Of a stretch of DNA of 64,000 bases, positions 20,256-28,843 are shown piece after piece (position 1 is the first letter of the stretch; each line of letters starts with the position of its first letter). The notes beneath the pieces were generated by a model. The model saw nothing but the letters and a program-made list of their open reading frames with translations, had not been told where the DNA came from and searched no databases. Origin of the DNA: an uncultured Candidatus Binatia bacterium (GTDB lineage: Bacteria > Desulfobacterota > Binatia > Bin18); NCBI GenBank assembly GCA_965214605.1, contig OZ243961.1, positions 1,664,001 through 1,728,000 of the forward strand. Direction: 5' to 3'. The position numbers were made by a program, and so were the translations under genes.

Positions 20256-20420
20256 TTGGTCCGCCAGCGAAGCTAAGCTCTTGATCTTATCCCCGGTCAC
20301 ATCCCAGGCGAGCGCACGAGCCGCGTACCGGGCGGCGCGTCTCTCATATCCGGGTATGTCCTGGGCCTTGTCAATCGGGTCATGGAAATAGGCCAACAAC
20401 AATCGATCCCAGTCACCAAC
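20256..20420 (-). pseudogene. cas10: Third cas10/cmr2 5' fragment
   Basis: DWDRLLLAYFHDPIDKA..RAARYAARAL.WDVT..IKSLASLADQ. Confidence 0.85.
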
Positions 20421-20548
20421 CGGTCGATTTTCCTGACCGCCATGAATCAGGGCAGGGGCCTGTGTGAGGTGACGGTCGGCGTTATGGACGGGGAATTTCG
20501 CTATGACTTTTCGTAATCGAATCACCCCCCACCGGGTCTCAACCCGGC

Positions 20549-21097
20549 TTGCGCACGGCATTGCTGCTTGTGACGGCGTGGTGGTGCGTCACACTGGTGG
20601 CCTGCTCCAAGCCCAGGATGCCTCGGTTATTCGGAGGAACGCCGGACACGGTGACGCGGCTCAGCTTGGCCGCCAGCCAATATCTGAACCCGAATGTCGC
20701 CGGCGTCCCGTCACCCGTTGTGCTGATTCTGTATGAACTGGCCGAGACGACCGGTTTTGAGGGCGCTGCGTTCAACCAGCTCTTCTATAACGACCGGCAG
20801 ACGCTCGGGGGCGGGGTGCTGGCGCGGCAGGAGTTCCGCATCGAACCCGGCAAGATCCTCACCATGAACCGCGTTCTGGACCCGAAGACAACGCATCTGG
20901 GATTTGTTGCCGGCTACCGGATCGAACAAAACCGCTGGCGCCTCATGGTCGATGTGGAGCCCCAGACGACCCAGAAGCATGTCATTATCGTTGGCTCACA
21001 CACCCTATCCTTTTCTGAGGCCGCGGCCGCTCCAAGGCATGAACTCACACCCGAGCCTTTGGTCAGCAGGCTTTCCTCTCTCTTCGAGCAAACGTAA
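20549..21097 (+). CDS. tssJ: Type VI secretion lipoprotein TssJ
   Basis: Lipobox LVAC, LNPN..G.PSPVV..LYEL, HLGFVAGYR; followed by tssK. Confidence 0.8.
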   Translation: MRTALLLVTAWWCVTLVACSKPRMPRLFGGTPDTVTRLSLAASQYLNPNVAGVPSPVVLILYELAETTGFEGAAFNQLFYNDRQTLGGGVLARQEFRIEPGKILTMNRVLDPKTTHLGFVAGYRIEQNRWRLMVDVEPQTTQKHVIIVGSHTLSFSEAAAAPRHELTPEPLVSRLSSLFEQT

Positions 21098-21905
21098 CGG
21101 CAGAACTCAGCAAACCCATCTGGTATCAGGGCATGTTCATGCGCCCGCAGCATTTTCAGCAACAGAAGCGCTACTGGGAGACCTTCATCAATGAGCATAG
21201 CTCGGGCCTGTTCGGGTACGGCTGGGGACTCCGGCAGCTTGAGATTGACCAATCCGCGCTTGAGGTGGGCAGCTTCCATATCAGCCGGATCGTCGTCACC
21301 CTGCCGGACGGTACCCCGCTCAGCGCACCAGGCGGTGCCGATTTGCCACCGCCCCGGGCCTTTAGGGCTGAGGCCGCTGGCGAACGCGTGATGTTGGCCC
21401 TCCCCGTCCGCCGGGCCGATGCAACCGAAGTCTCAGGGACAAATGCCACCGAACACGAACGGCGGTGGCGAAGGCTCTCAGTCTCGCTGCGCGACACCAG
21501 CAGCGAGGACGAGGACTATTGCGATGTCCAGGTGGGCCGTCTGGCTCCAGCGTTATTGCTGGAAAAGGAAGTGACGGGCGCCTACGGGACTGTGCCGATC
21601 GCCCGGATCGAAAGCGCCTCCGAGAACGCTATCAGCCTGGATGAAAACTATCTGCCACCCGTGATGAACTGCAACGCTCATGCCGGATACAGGCGTGTGC
21701 TGGGCGATATCCGCGCAATCCTGCACCACCGTGCCGAGAGGCTGGCCAAACAGCTCGACCCGTCAACAGCCACGGGCCTGTCGGACATACTGGATTTCCT
21801 GCTGCTCCAGATGATCAACCGGCACGAAGCCACTTTTGTGCATATGATGCAGCTCAATCATATTCAGCCTGAACGGGCCTTTGTTGCTACGGCCGAGTTG
21901 GCCGA
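21097..21905 (+). pseudogene. tssK: TssK N-terminal portion, truncated; expected start codon reads ACG
   Basis: KPIWYQGMFMRPQHFQQQ, YGWG, LPDGT, DFLLLQMINR; homology ends near 21905. Confidence 0.8.
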
Positions 21906-22093
21906 CGTGCCCATGTGTTCCGACCTTGGCCCCCACCACCACGACCCGCCATCACACTGATCGCCATCCCGCAACCACGGCCTATATTGCCCGCTTACGC
22001 CTGTTTCGACCACCGGATGCCCGATGCCCACACGCCCGCCCCGCGTCAACCAACCCCCTTCCCACCTGCGTGACTACAGGATCGTCCTGACGG

Positions 22094-23060
22094 TCAACTG
22101 CCAATGTATTGATCGTAAGCTGCAGCGAGCATTTGAGAATCCGTGTACCTGGGCTGCCAATTCAGTTGGTTCCTGGTGTGGGAGATGTCAAGTACCAAAG
22201 TCTTGTCGGCAACGGCAAATTGCTCAGGGTACAGTATGGTCAGGCCAGACCAATCGAGCACGGTCAGGATATTTTTTACAAGCAGCCCTGGTATTTTCAG
22301 AATCTTCGACGAAGATCCCTTTGATTGAATCAAATCGAGTAGAAGATCGTATACGCATGGCGGGTCTTCTGATCCAAGGTTGTATTCGGAGTTTGGCACG
22401 TTTTTATCCAATGCACAGATTATGGCGGAAACACAATCATGCACGGAAACCATCTGATAACAATTCTTGCCGTCACCAATGATTGGTACGGGCAGGTTGT
22501 TTCTGATATTCGAAAACAGCTTCTCCAATACGCCGAGTCTGCCTGGTCCGATTATCAATCGAGGCCTGAAGATAGTAATGTTCATGTTGCGTTTTCGATA
22601 TTCCTGAATCAACAGCTCTGATTTCTTCTTGCTATTGCCGTACTCGCCATTAGGACATTTCACATGATCAGTTCTTACGGGGAGGGATTTCGGATTCCCA
22701 TAGATCATGTCAGTACTGAAGAAAATCATCTTCTTGCATTTTGCTCGAACCATGTGTTCCAGGACGAGTCTAGTGCCCGTGGTATTGACTTCGTCAAAAA
22801 ATCTCTGTCGTCGAAAACGAGGTACGGAAGAATGGTATTGTCTGGCAGCAAGATGATAAACTGTATCAGATGGTGTCAATAAAAGATTTTCGATTGAAGA
22901 CTTATCCGTAATATCCAATAGACGAAATTCGATTTGATTCAGATGGTTGTTTTGCATGTCATGAATATCACAACATACGACCCTTTCGTCCCTTTCAATC
23001 AGCTTACGTGCCAGAAATCGACCTACGAATCCCAGCTCCACCTATGATGATATGGGCCAT
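22094..23060 (-). pseudogene. NAD-dependent epimerase/dehydratase, frameshifted in the GGxGFVG motif
   Basis: MAHIIIGGAG and GFVG are offset by one base at 23031-23033; YHLAA, YGNSK; AT-rich. Confidence 0.75.
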
Positions 23061-23065
23061 GGTCT

Positions 23066-23455
23066 CTAATTGCTTTTCGAAATGAACACTATGCCAGTAC
23101 AAATCAAAAATATACCGATGATTCGAAACATATTCATCGATTCATGGAAAAATAGATAACCGGCAACAGCTACAACAACATATCCAATGCTCAGAAAAGG
23201 ATAGGCAAAGCTTACTTCTGCTCGTAACAGAACGACCATCCAAAGTCCAACGCTCGAGATATAGCAGAATATCGCAATTATAACATAGTGATTGGTGCGA
23301 ATTTCATAAGAAATTGATCCAATGTCCTTGAATGTCAAAGCTATAGGACCAGGGATAGTCATTCCCTTTTTCAGAAATAACTGGGCTCCTGCATTAAGGA
23401 GGACACTCGTTAATATCAACGATATCAGTTTTGTGGAGGATTCGTTATTGTTCAT
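23066..23455 (-). CDS. ArnE/ArnF-like DMT/SMR small membrane transporter
   Basis: Four TM helices, AQLFLKKG, EVSFAYPFLS, FFHES. Confidence 0.8.
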   Translation of the reverse strand: MNNNESSTKLISLILTSVLLNAGAQLFLKKGMTIPGPIALTFKDIGSISYEIRTNHYVIIAIFCYISSVGLWMVVLLRAEVSFAYPFLSIGYVVVAVAGYLFFHESMNMFRIIGIFLICTGIVFISKSN

Positions 23456-23461
23456 AATTTA

Positions 23462-23757
23462 TTGTCCAGGGAAGATGGTGTTGGGAGGAGCATTATCCTG
23501 CCCTTCCGCGCCCGTGTCCAGCACTACCATGAGGGTCGGGCACTTCGCACCGAGACGGTCATCAACAACACTTACGACTTCGATGTCGGCAGAAGGCTGC
23601 ACAACCTTGAACAGCTCTGCGAGCTCGGCTTCGCCGCCAATCGACGCCTGCTGCGTGTACAACGTATCAGCCATGACGCGACTATCGGAGTGAAGGTGTT
23701 CGATGAGCTGAGCCGTCCTCGCGTGGTGGGCCGGCAGCGAGCTCCCGCGCTACGCTT
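23462..23757 (+). mobile_element. Internal fragment of a putative transposase-like gene
   Basis: HEGRALRTETVINNTYDF..GFAANRRLL resembles a widespread putative transposase family; cut off exactly at the array's end repeat. Confidence 0.5.
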
Positions 23758-25739
23758 GTTTCAATCCCCTATCAAGCGGGGCGTAGGTTTAAACATGACT
23801 TTACAAGAGACCCTTAATGCAGTTCGTAATTCAATGGTTTCAATCCCCTATCAAGCGGGGCGTAGGTTTAAACGTTCGGATACAAAATCGCATTCCCGTT
23901 CACAGTCCCTTGCGGACTGGGTTTCAATCCCCTATCAAGCGGGGCGTAGGTTTAAACACAGCGTATCGAGCAGTTGACGTCACGGCTCCCCCGCGCAGTA
24001 AAAAAGTTTCAATCCCCTATCAAGCGGGGCGTAGGTTTAAACTTAATGACACACGATTCTCATGCTTTGTCAAAAAGCACATATCCTGTTTTTGTTTCAA
24101 TCCCCTATCAAGCGGGGCGTAGGTTTAAACCGGCTTGATGAGCTGGTGGCGATCTGCCCCAATCCTCTCAAAAGTTTCAATCCCCTATCAAGCGGGGCGT
24201 AGGTTTAAACTTACGGGCCATGCGATTACCCGGTAAGGGACTGCGAATACCAGCTGTTTCAATCCCCTATCAAGCGGGGCGTAGGTTTAAACCGCTCCAT
24301 ATTAGAATCCTTACATGGAACATGTAAATCAATTGCACATTGAAGTTTCAATCCCCTATCAAGCGGGGCGTAGGTTTAAACTTGTCGATCTGACTTCTAT
24401 TGCTTGCAGAAGATGTACCCAGTACCAGAAGTTTCAATCCCCTATCAAGCGGGGCGTAGGTTTAAACAGTTGACTGCTTCCTTAAGCAAGACCGAGCGCA
24501 TCGAGAGTTTCAATCCCCTATCAAGCGGGGCGTAGGTTTAAACATGGTGACGACCTGTCCGTCGGCCGTAGTGAGAGCGCAGGCAGTTTCAATCCCCTAT
24601 CAAGCGGGGCGTAGGTTTAAACACCACGACCATTACGTACGCCGCATTACTTGCGAGGCATGGAGTTTCAATCCCCTATCAAGCGGGGCGTAGGTTTAAA
24701 CACGTTGAAAGCGAGGCACCCACCGATCAGGGCGATGCACAAAGTTTCAATCCCCTATCAAGCGGGGCGTAGGTTTAAACCGGAGAGAACTTTCGCGCGC
24801 TCTACGACGCGACCTTCACCTGGGTTTCAATCCCCTATCAAGCGGGGCGTAGGTTTAAACTTTTCGGGAAAGTGATGACCGGAAAGCGATGATGACCATT
24901 GTGTTTCAATCCCCTATCAAGCGGGGCGTAGGTTTAAACCGGCCAAAGATATCAGCGCCGCTTGAGCGCGTCGGACATCTCCAAGTGTTTCAATCCCCTA
25001 TCAAGCGGGGCGTAGGTTTAAACTCCCACAGGAAGAAATTCTCCCCAAGACCATGGCCAAGTGTTTCAATCCCCTATCAAGCGGGGCGTAGGTTTAAACG
25101 GTGGAGCTGGCAAAGATCCGGCAAAACATGCTCCTGGTCGGGTTTCAATCCCCTATCAAGCGGGGCGTAGGTTTAAACTCCGCAGTACTTGCACGGCATG
25201 GACATAGCGCCAACGCAAAGTTTCAATCCCCTATCAAGCGGGGCGTAGGTTTAAACAGGAGGACAGCATGGCCTACACGAAAGTGACCCACGGTCGGCTC
25301 GTTTCAATCCCCTATCAAGCGGGGCGTAGGTTTAAACGCGCGGCCTTCAGCGAGAATAGGAGCCCTATGGCCCCGCAAGTTTCAATCCCCTATCAAGCGG
25401 GGCGTAGGTTTAAACCCGGGAAACGGTCGGACGCCGGCGGTACCGTGCAACCGGGTTTCAATCCCCTATCAAGCGGGGCGTAGGTTTAAACAAGCAGAAT
25501 CCTCGCATTATCGCGCTACTTGATCTTATTGATTCTCTTCCGTTTCAATCCCCTATCAAGCGGGGCGTAGGTTTAAACCTGGTCGACCGCGAATGTCTTG
25601 GTCAGCCTCACGGACCGGGACAAGTTTCAATCCCCTATCAAGCGGGGCGTAGGTTTAAACCCCTAAATCTATCCCAATCGTGCACGGACCAACGCGATAT
25701 TTGTTTCAATCCCCTATCAAGCGGGGCGTAGGTTTAAAC
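23758..25739 (-). CRISPR. CRISPR array: 25 identical 37-bp repeats, 24 spacers of 39-52 nt
   Basis: Repeat on the - strand GTTTAAACCTACGCCCCGCTTGATAGGGGATTGAAAC with ATTGAAAC handle and CCCC/GGGG stem; counted manually. Confidence 0.99.
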
Positions 25740-25936
25740 CCTCTACCAAATTTCTTCTTATCTGACAAGCGTTTACCTCAACGTTTTTCGTAACCCAAGG
25801 ATTGAGACGGCACCCATCGCTTGATGAGGCAGCTCTCAATTTGGCGAATGGCGCGAAACTGTAGCAGCTTCAAAGAATTGGCCAATTTCGTACCCCCAGG
25901 TGATTCCTAGAGCCACCTAGAGGTTACGACTGCCGC
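25740..25936 (-). promoter_or_regulatory. CRISPR leader
   Basis: AT-richer non-coding segment between cas2 and the first repeat. Confidence 0.8.
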
Positions 25937-26224
25937 TCACACTATGAAGACATCCTCCTCGCCAACTCGCTCCGTCTTCTCGCTCACGCCCATATAGACC
26001 TGCTCCTTCTCACAGGAAGCGCAGAGGCGACAAGCGAGCACGTTGTCCTCGGTCGAATCAATCAGAGCAGATAGCTCGGACAGGCACTTGTCAAAGAGCA
26101 CACGATCAACCACTAGCTCGAACACGCTGTCCTGGACACGATCACCGTATGCATCCAAGCATTCGGCCACCCGACGACGACGCTGGTCACTAGTAATATC
26201 ATAGCATACAACAAAGCGGGGCAT
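25937..26224 (-). CDS. cas2: Cas2
   Basis: VVCYDI..RRRRV..YGDRVQDSVFE; GAGGAG RBS. Confidence 0.95.
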   Translation of the reverse strand: MPRFVVCYDITSDQRRRRVAECLDAYGDRVQDSVFELVVDRVLFDKCLSELSALIDSTEDNVLACRLCASCEKEQVYMGVSEKTERVGEEDVFIV

Positions 26225-26235
26225 CAGTAATCTCC

Positions 26236-27273
26236 TCACGAATGGCGTAGAAGCAGGGGCCGGTAGGGTTCATGGCCACGCACGTGAGCGGCCAAGCGGT
26301 CGGCCTGACGGCGGAGTAAGTCCTCGGGTGGAATGTCCTCTGCAAGCCCTGGTAGGGGCGCATCCATGAACGCTTCCCAGGCACGGAAAAAAGTCCGCAG
26401 GCCGTTACGCGTGAGACGTACACCGCCTCGTTCAAGGTCAGACTCAAAATGCTCGGGACGCAATTGGCGCAGATTGCAAACCCGCAAAACAAAGCGGTCA
26501 ACAATTGGATGGCGCATTTCCTCCAGCAGGTCGAGTGCCAGACTCGGCCGACCAGAACGGACCGTGTGCATGAAGCCAAGGTAGGGATCGAAACCGCGCG
26601 CCTCCAGCAGGCTGGCCAACGTATTGGCCAGTAGCACATATCCGAAGGACAGCAGAGCGTTGGCAGGGTCAGGTGGTGGGCGGCGGGCACGGCCCGTAAA
26701 GCAAATGTCACCGGTAAACCCGATCTGCAGTCCCGCAAAATAGCGCCGTGCAGCGTCACCCTCAAAGCCCATCAGGACCTCTCGGCTGGACGCCTGCGAG
26801 ATCGTCTCACTCATCGTCTTGAGTTCGCTGATCGCCCGTCCCAGGGCTGGCTCACCTCGACGGTTGGAGCGTAGGGCGGTGAGGACACCAGCCGCATTGT
26901 GCAGCTTGGCCGAGACAAAGGTCTTGGTAAGTGGGAGCGCCTGCTGACTGTTCTCAACCAGACGGAACTGAGCGATACGCAGGTCGGCGGTACGTGACAG
27001 TTCGGGGACAAGACGACCAACAAAATCTCCGTTGGCCAAAAACCACGCGACCGCAATGCCTTGCTCTAGGCAGAGCTGTGTAGCATCCGAAGTGATATGG
27101 ACTCGGCCTAAGAGGGCGATCAGTTCAAGACGGTGGGGTTCAACCTCAATCAACCGGCGGCGGCGCTCAGGCTGCGATCCGGGCCCATCGGGATCTTTAT
27201 CGATCGTGACCACAATGGAACCAGCCGACCGACGCACCACTGCGCCCGGCTCTGTGACGTACAGGGTAGGCAT
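26236..27273 (-). CDS. cas1: Cas1 (no RT or Cas4 fusion)
   Basis: TLYVTEPG, MGFEG.AAR.YF, RRPPPDPANALLSFGY, GFMH, LALDLLEE. Confidence 0.96.
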   Translation of the reverse strand: MPTLYVTEPGAVVRRSAGSIVVTIDKDPDGPGSQPERRRRLIEVEPHRLELIALLGRVHITSDATQLCLEQGIAVAWFLANGDFVGRLVPELSRTADLRIAQFRLVENSQQALPLTKTFVSAKLHNAAGVLTALRSNRRGEPALGRAISELKTMSETISQASSREVLMGFEGDAARRYFAGLQIGFTGDICFTGRARRPPPDPANALLSFGYVLLANTLASLLEARGFDPYLGFMHTVRSGRPSLALDLLEEMRHPIVDRFVLRVCNLRQLRPEHFESDLERGGVRLTRNGLRTFFRAWEAFMDAPLPGLAEDIPPEDLLRRQADRLAAHVRGHEPYRPLLLRHS

Positions 27274-27281
27274 AACGCTTA

Positions 27282-28619
27282 TCAGATTGTTGCGACAAAG
27301 TTATTATCAAAGCTCAGCCAGCGCGCTGTCTTCAGGCGCTCCTCAGCAACCTTATCATCAAGGATCAAAAGTTTTTCCATCTCCTGATAAATCCGTCGTA
27401 AAGAATCGGAGTCGGGAGCTTGAGCGTCAAATTCGTGGTTGAGGATGCTCTGATTGCGCAGCTTGCCTAGGCTAAACAGGTTGGCGGCCTCAAGTAACTT
27501 TTCACCCAGAGGGTCCCCCTGCCATCGCAGCAGGAGCGCGGCCTTCTCTCGGGTAGCTTCCAAGTAGCCGGGCTTTCTGGCCTTTGCAAGCGGCCGCTCG
27601 TTTTTCGCCCGCAAGGAATCTTGGAATTTTTGAATGTACGGATTGGATTCCGGTAGCGCGGAGGAATCGAGCTGTACGTCAAAAAGGCGTATCTGACCGA
27701 GCATCTCGAGCACTCGATAGGCCCGAATCAGCGCATCCTCCAGCTCGCCGTTGCGCAGACGTCGCTCGCCGTTGACCAGGACATCGCAGACTACAAGGCG
27801 CAGCCACGCCGCAAATTGTCTATGCCTGCCACGGTCCGCTTGTCGGGCAAGTCCCCGCACCCACCCCTTGACTTCTGCGTCCGGCAGGAAAACGCGCAAC
27901 TCCTGTGGAAAGGCCCGTGCTTTTGGCAGCTTACTCAGTACATCGGCGGCACGTTGGTAGTCGAGTCGGTCCCACGCGCTCAGGAAACCGGCCAGGGGAC
28001 GTACGGCAACCAGTGTCTCGTGATCCTCCGGGGTCGACAGCCCCGGTCTCGGCAGTAGATCAATCGCAGCAGCGTAACGACCGTGGCGAAACATCAAGTG
28101 GACATTTTCGATCTGTTTCCGCTCGGAAAGCGCCTGGGTATCGAAAGTCCCAACGTTTTCGGTACCCGCGATGACCGTGCCGCCCGGCCCGTGCCGGTCC
28201 CCGCTAATGTAGCGGAATTGCGGTACATTATGGGCAGCTGCAGCGAGTACCAGTGCAGCGCTCATTGCCTTGGTTCCGCGGGTGAAGTCAACCAGCACCT
28301 CAGCGGCGTCAACGTCCTTTAGGGTGTCGCGGAGCTTTTTATTGAAAAAAGCAAAACAAGCGTCGGCATCGTCCTCCATTCCCGGTTCAGGTAAGGCGTA
28401 TGTTTTGAACTTTATGTCGTGCTCCGCGTGCCTCCTGGTCAGCTCTCTGGCGTGCGGTTTTGTATCCTGGGACGGAAAGAGCACCACCCGCGCCCAGTGC
28501 CCTGTATCAATCGATTTTTGTAGGGGCGTATATAAGGATCCCTCAAGGTCTTTCGGGTTACCCGTTCCAATAGTCAAAACCAGCACTCTTCGATGGCCAG
28601 CGATTTGTGACATGGTCAT
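27282..28619 (-). CDS. TIGR02710-type CARF-HEPN effector (Csm6/Csx1-like)
   Basis: LTIGTG, VDFTRGTKAMSAAL (CARF), AWDRLDY, RAYRVLE, RNQSILNH (HEPN-type motif). Confidence 0.85.
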   Translation of the reverse strand: MTMSQIAGHRRVLVLTIGTGNPKDLEGSLYTPLQKSIDTGHWARVVLFPSQDTKPHARELTRRHAEHDIKFKTYALPEPGMEDDADACFAFFNKKLRDTLKDVDAAEVLVDFTRGTKAMSAALVLAAAAHNVPQFRYISGDRHGPGGTVIAGTENVGTFDTQALSERKQIENVHLMFRHGRYAAAIDLLPRPGLSTPEDHETLVAVRPLAGFLSAWDRLDYQRAADVLSKLPKARAFPQELRVFLPDAEVKGWVRGLARQADRGRHRQFAAWLRLVVCDVLVNGERRLRNGELEDALIRAYRVLEMLGQIRLFDVQLDSSALPESNPYIQKFQDSLRAKNERPLAKARKPGYLEATREKAALLLRWQGDPLGEKLLEAANLFSLGKLRNQSILNHEFDAQAPDSDSLRRIYQEMEKLLILDDKVAEERLKTARWLSFDNNFVATI

Positions 28620-28729
28620 CCCTCTGAATCTGGAGTCTGATACACTTCTCTATCGTCACCCGCGGAGCCGACTAGATAAAATCAAGTATGAGGCAGAACC
28701 TACCTTGTCGTCTTATTCCTGCCTTTGCC

Positions 28730-28843
28730 CCGGCAGACTGTCGAGTCTCTTACGCCACGTTGTCTCCCATTATCATGACTTTCTTAGGCTTCTTGAAACG
28801 GATTATCCAGCAGATTGTCGAGTCTCTTACGCCACGTTGTCTC
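28730..28843. repeat. 37-bp direct repeat (2 mismatches) around a unique 40-nt segment
   Basis: 28730-28766 versus 28807-28843. Confidence 0.85.

Noticed and set aside
23817-25483. Short ORFs with repeated FQSPIKRGVGLN or VSIPYQAGRRFK
   Set aside because: Translations of CRISPR repeats
23795-25702. Self-targeting spacers within the window
   Set aside because: None noticed, but a visual check is insensitive; needs BLAST
26236-27273. RT-Cas1 or Cas4-Cas1 as the cause of variable spacers
   Set aside because: 345 aa with no YADD or Cas4 cysteine motifs; no RT seen in the window
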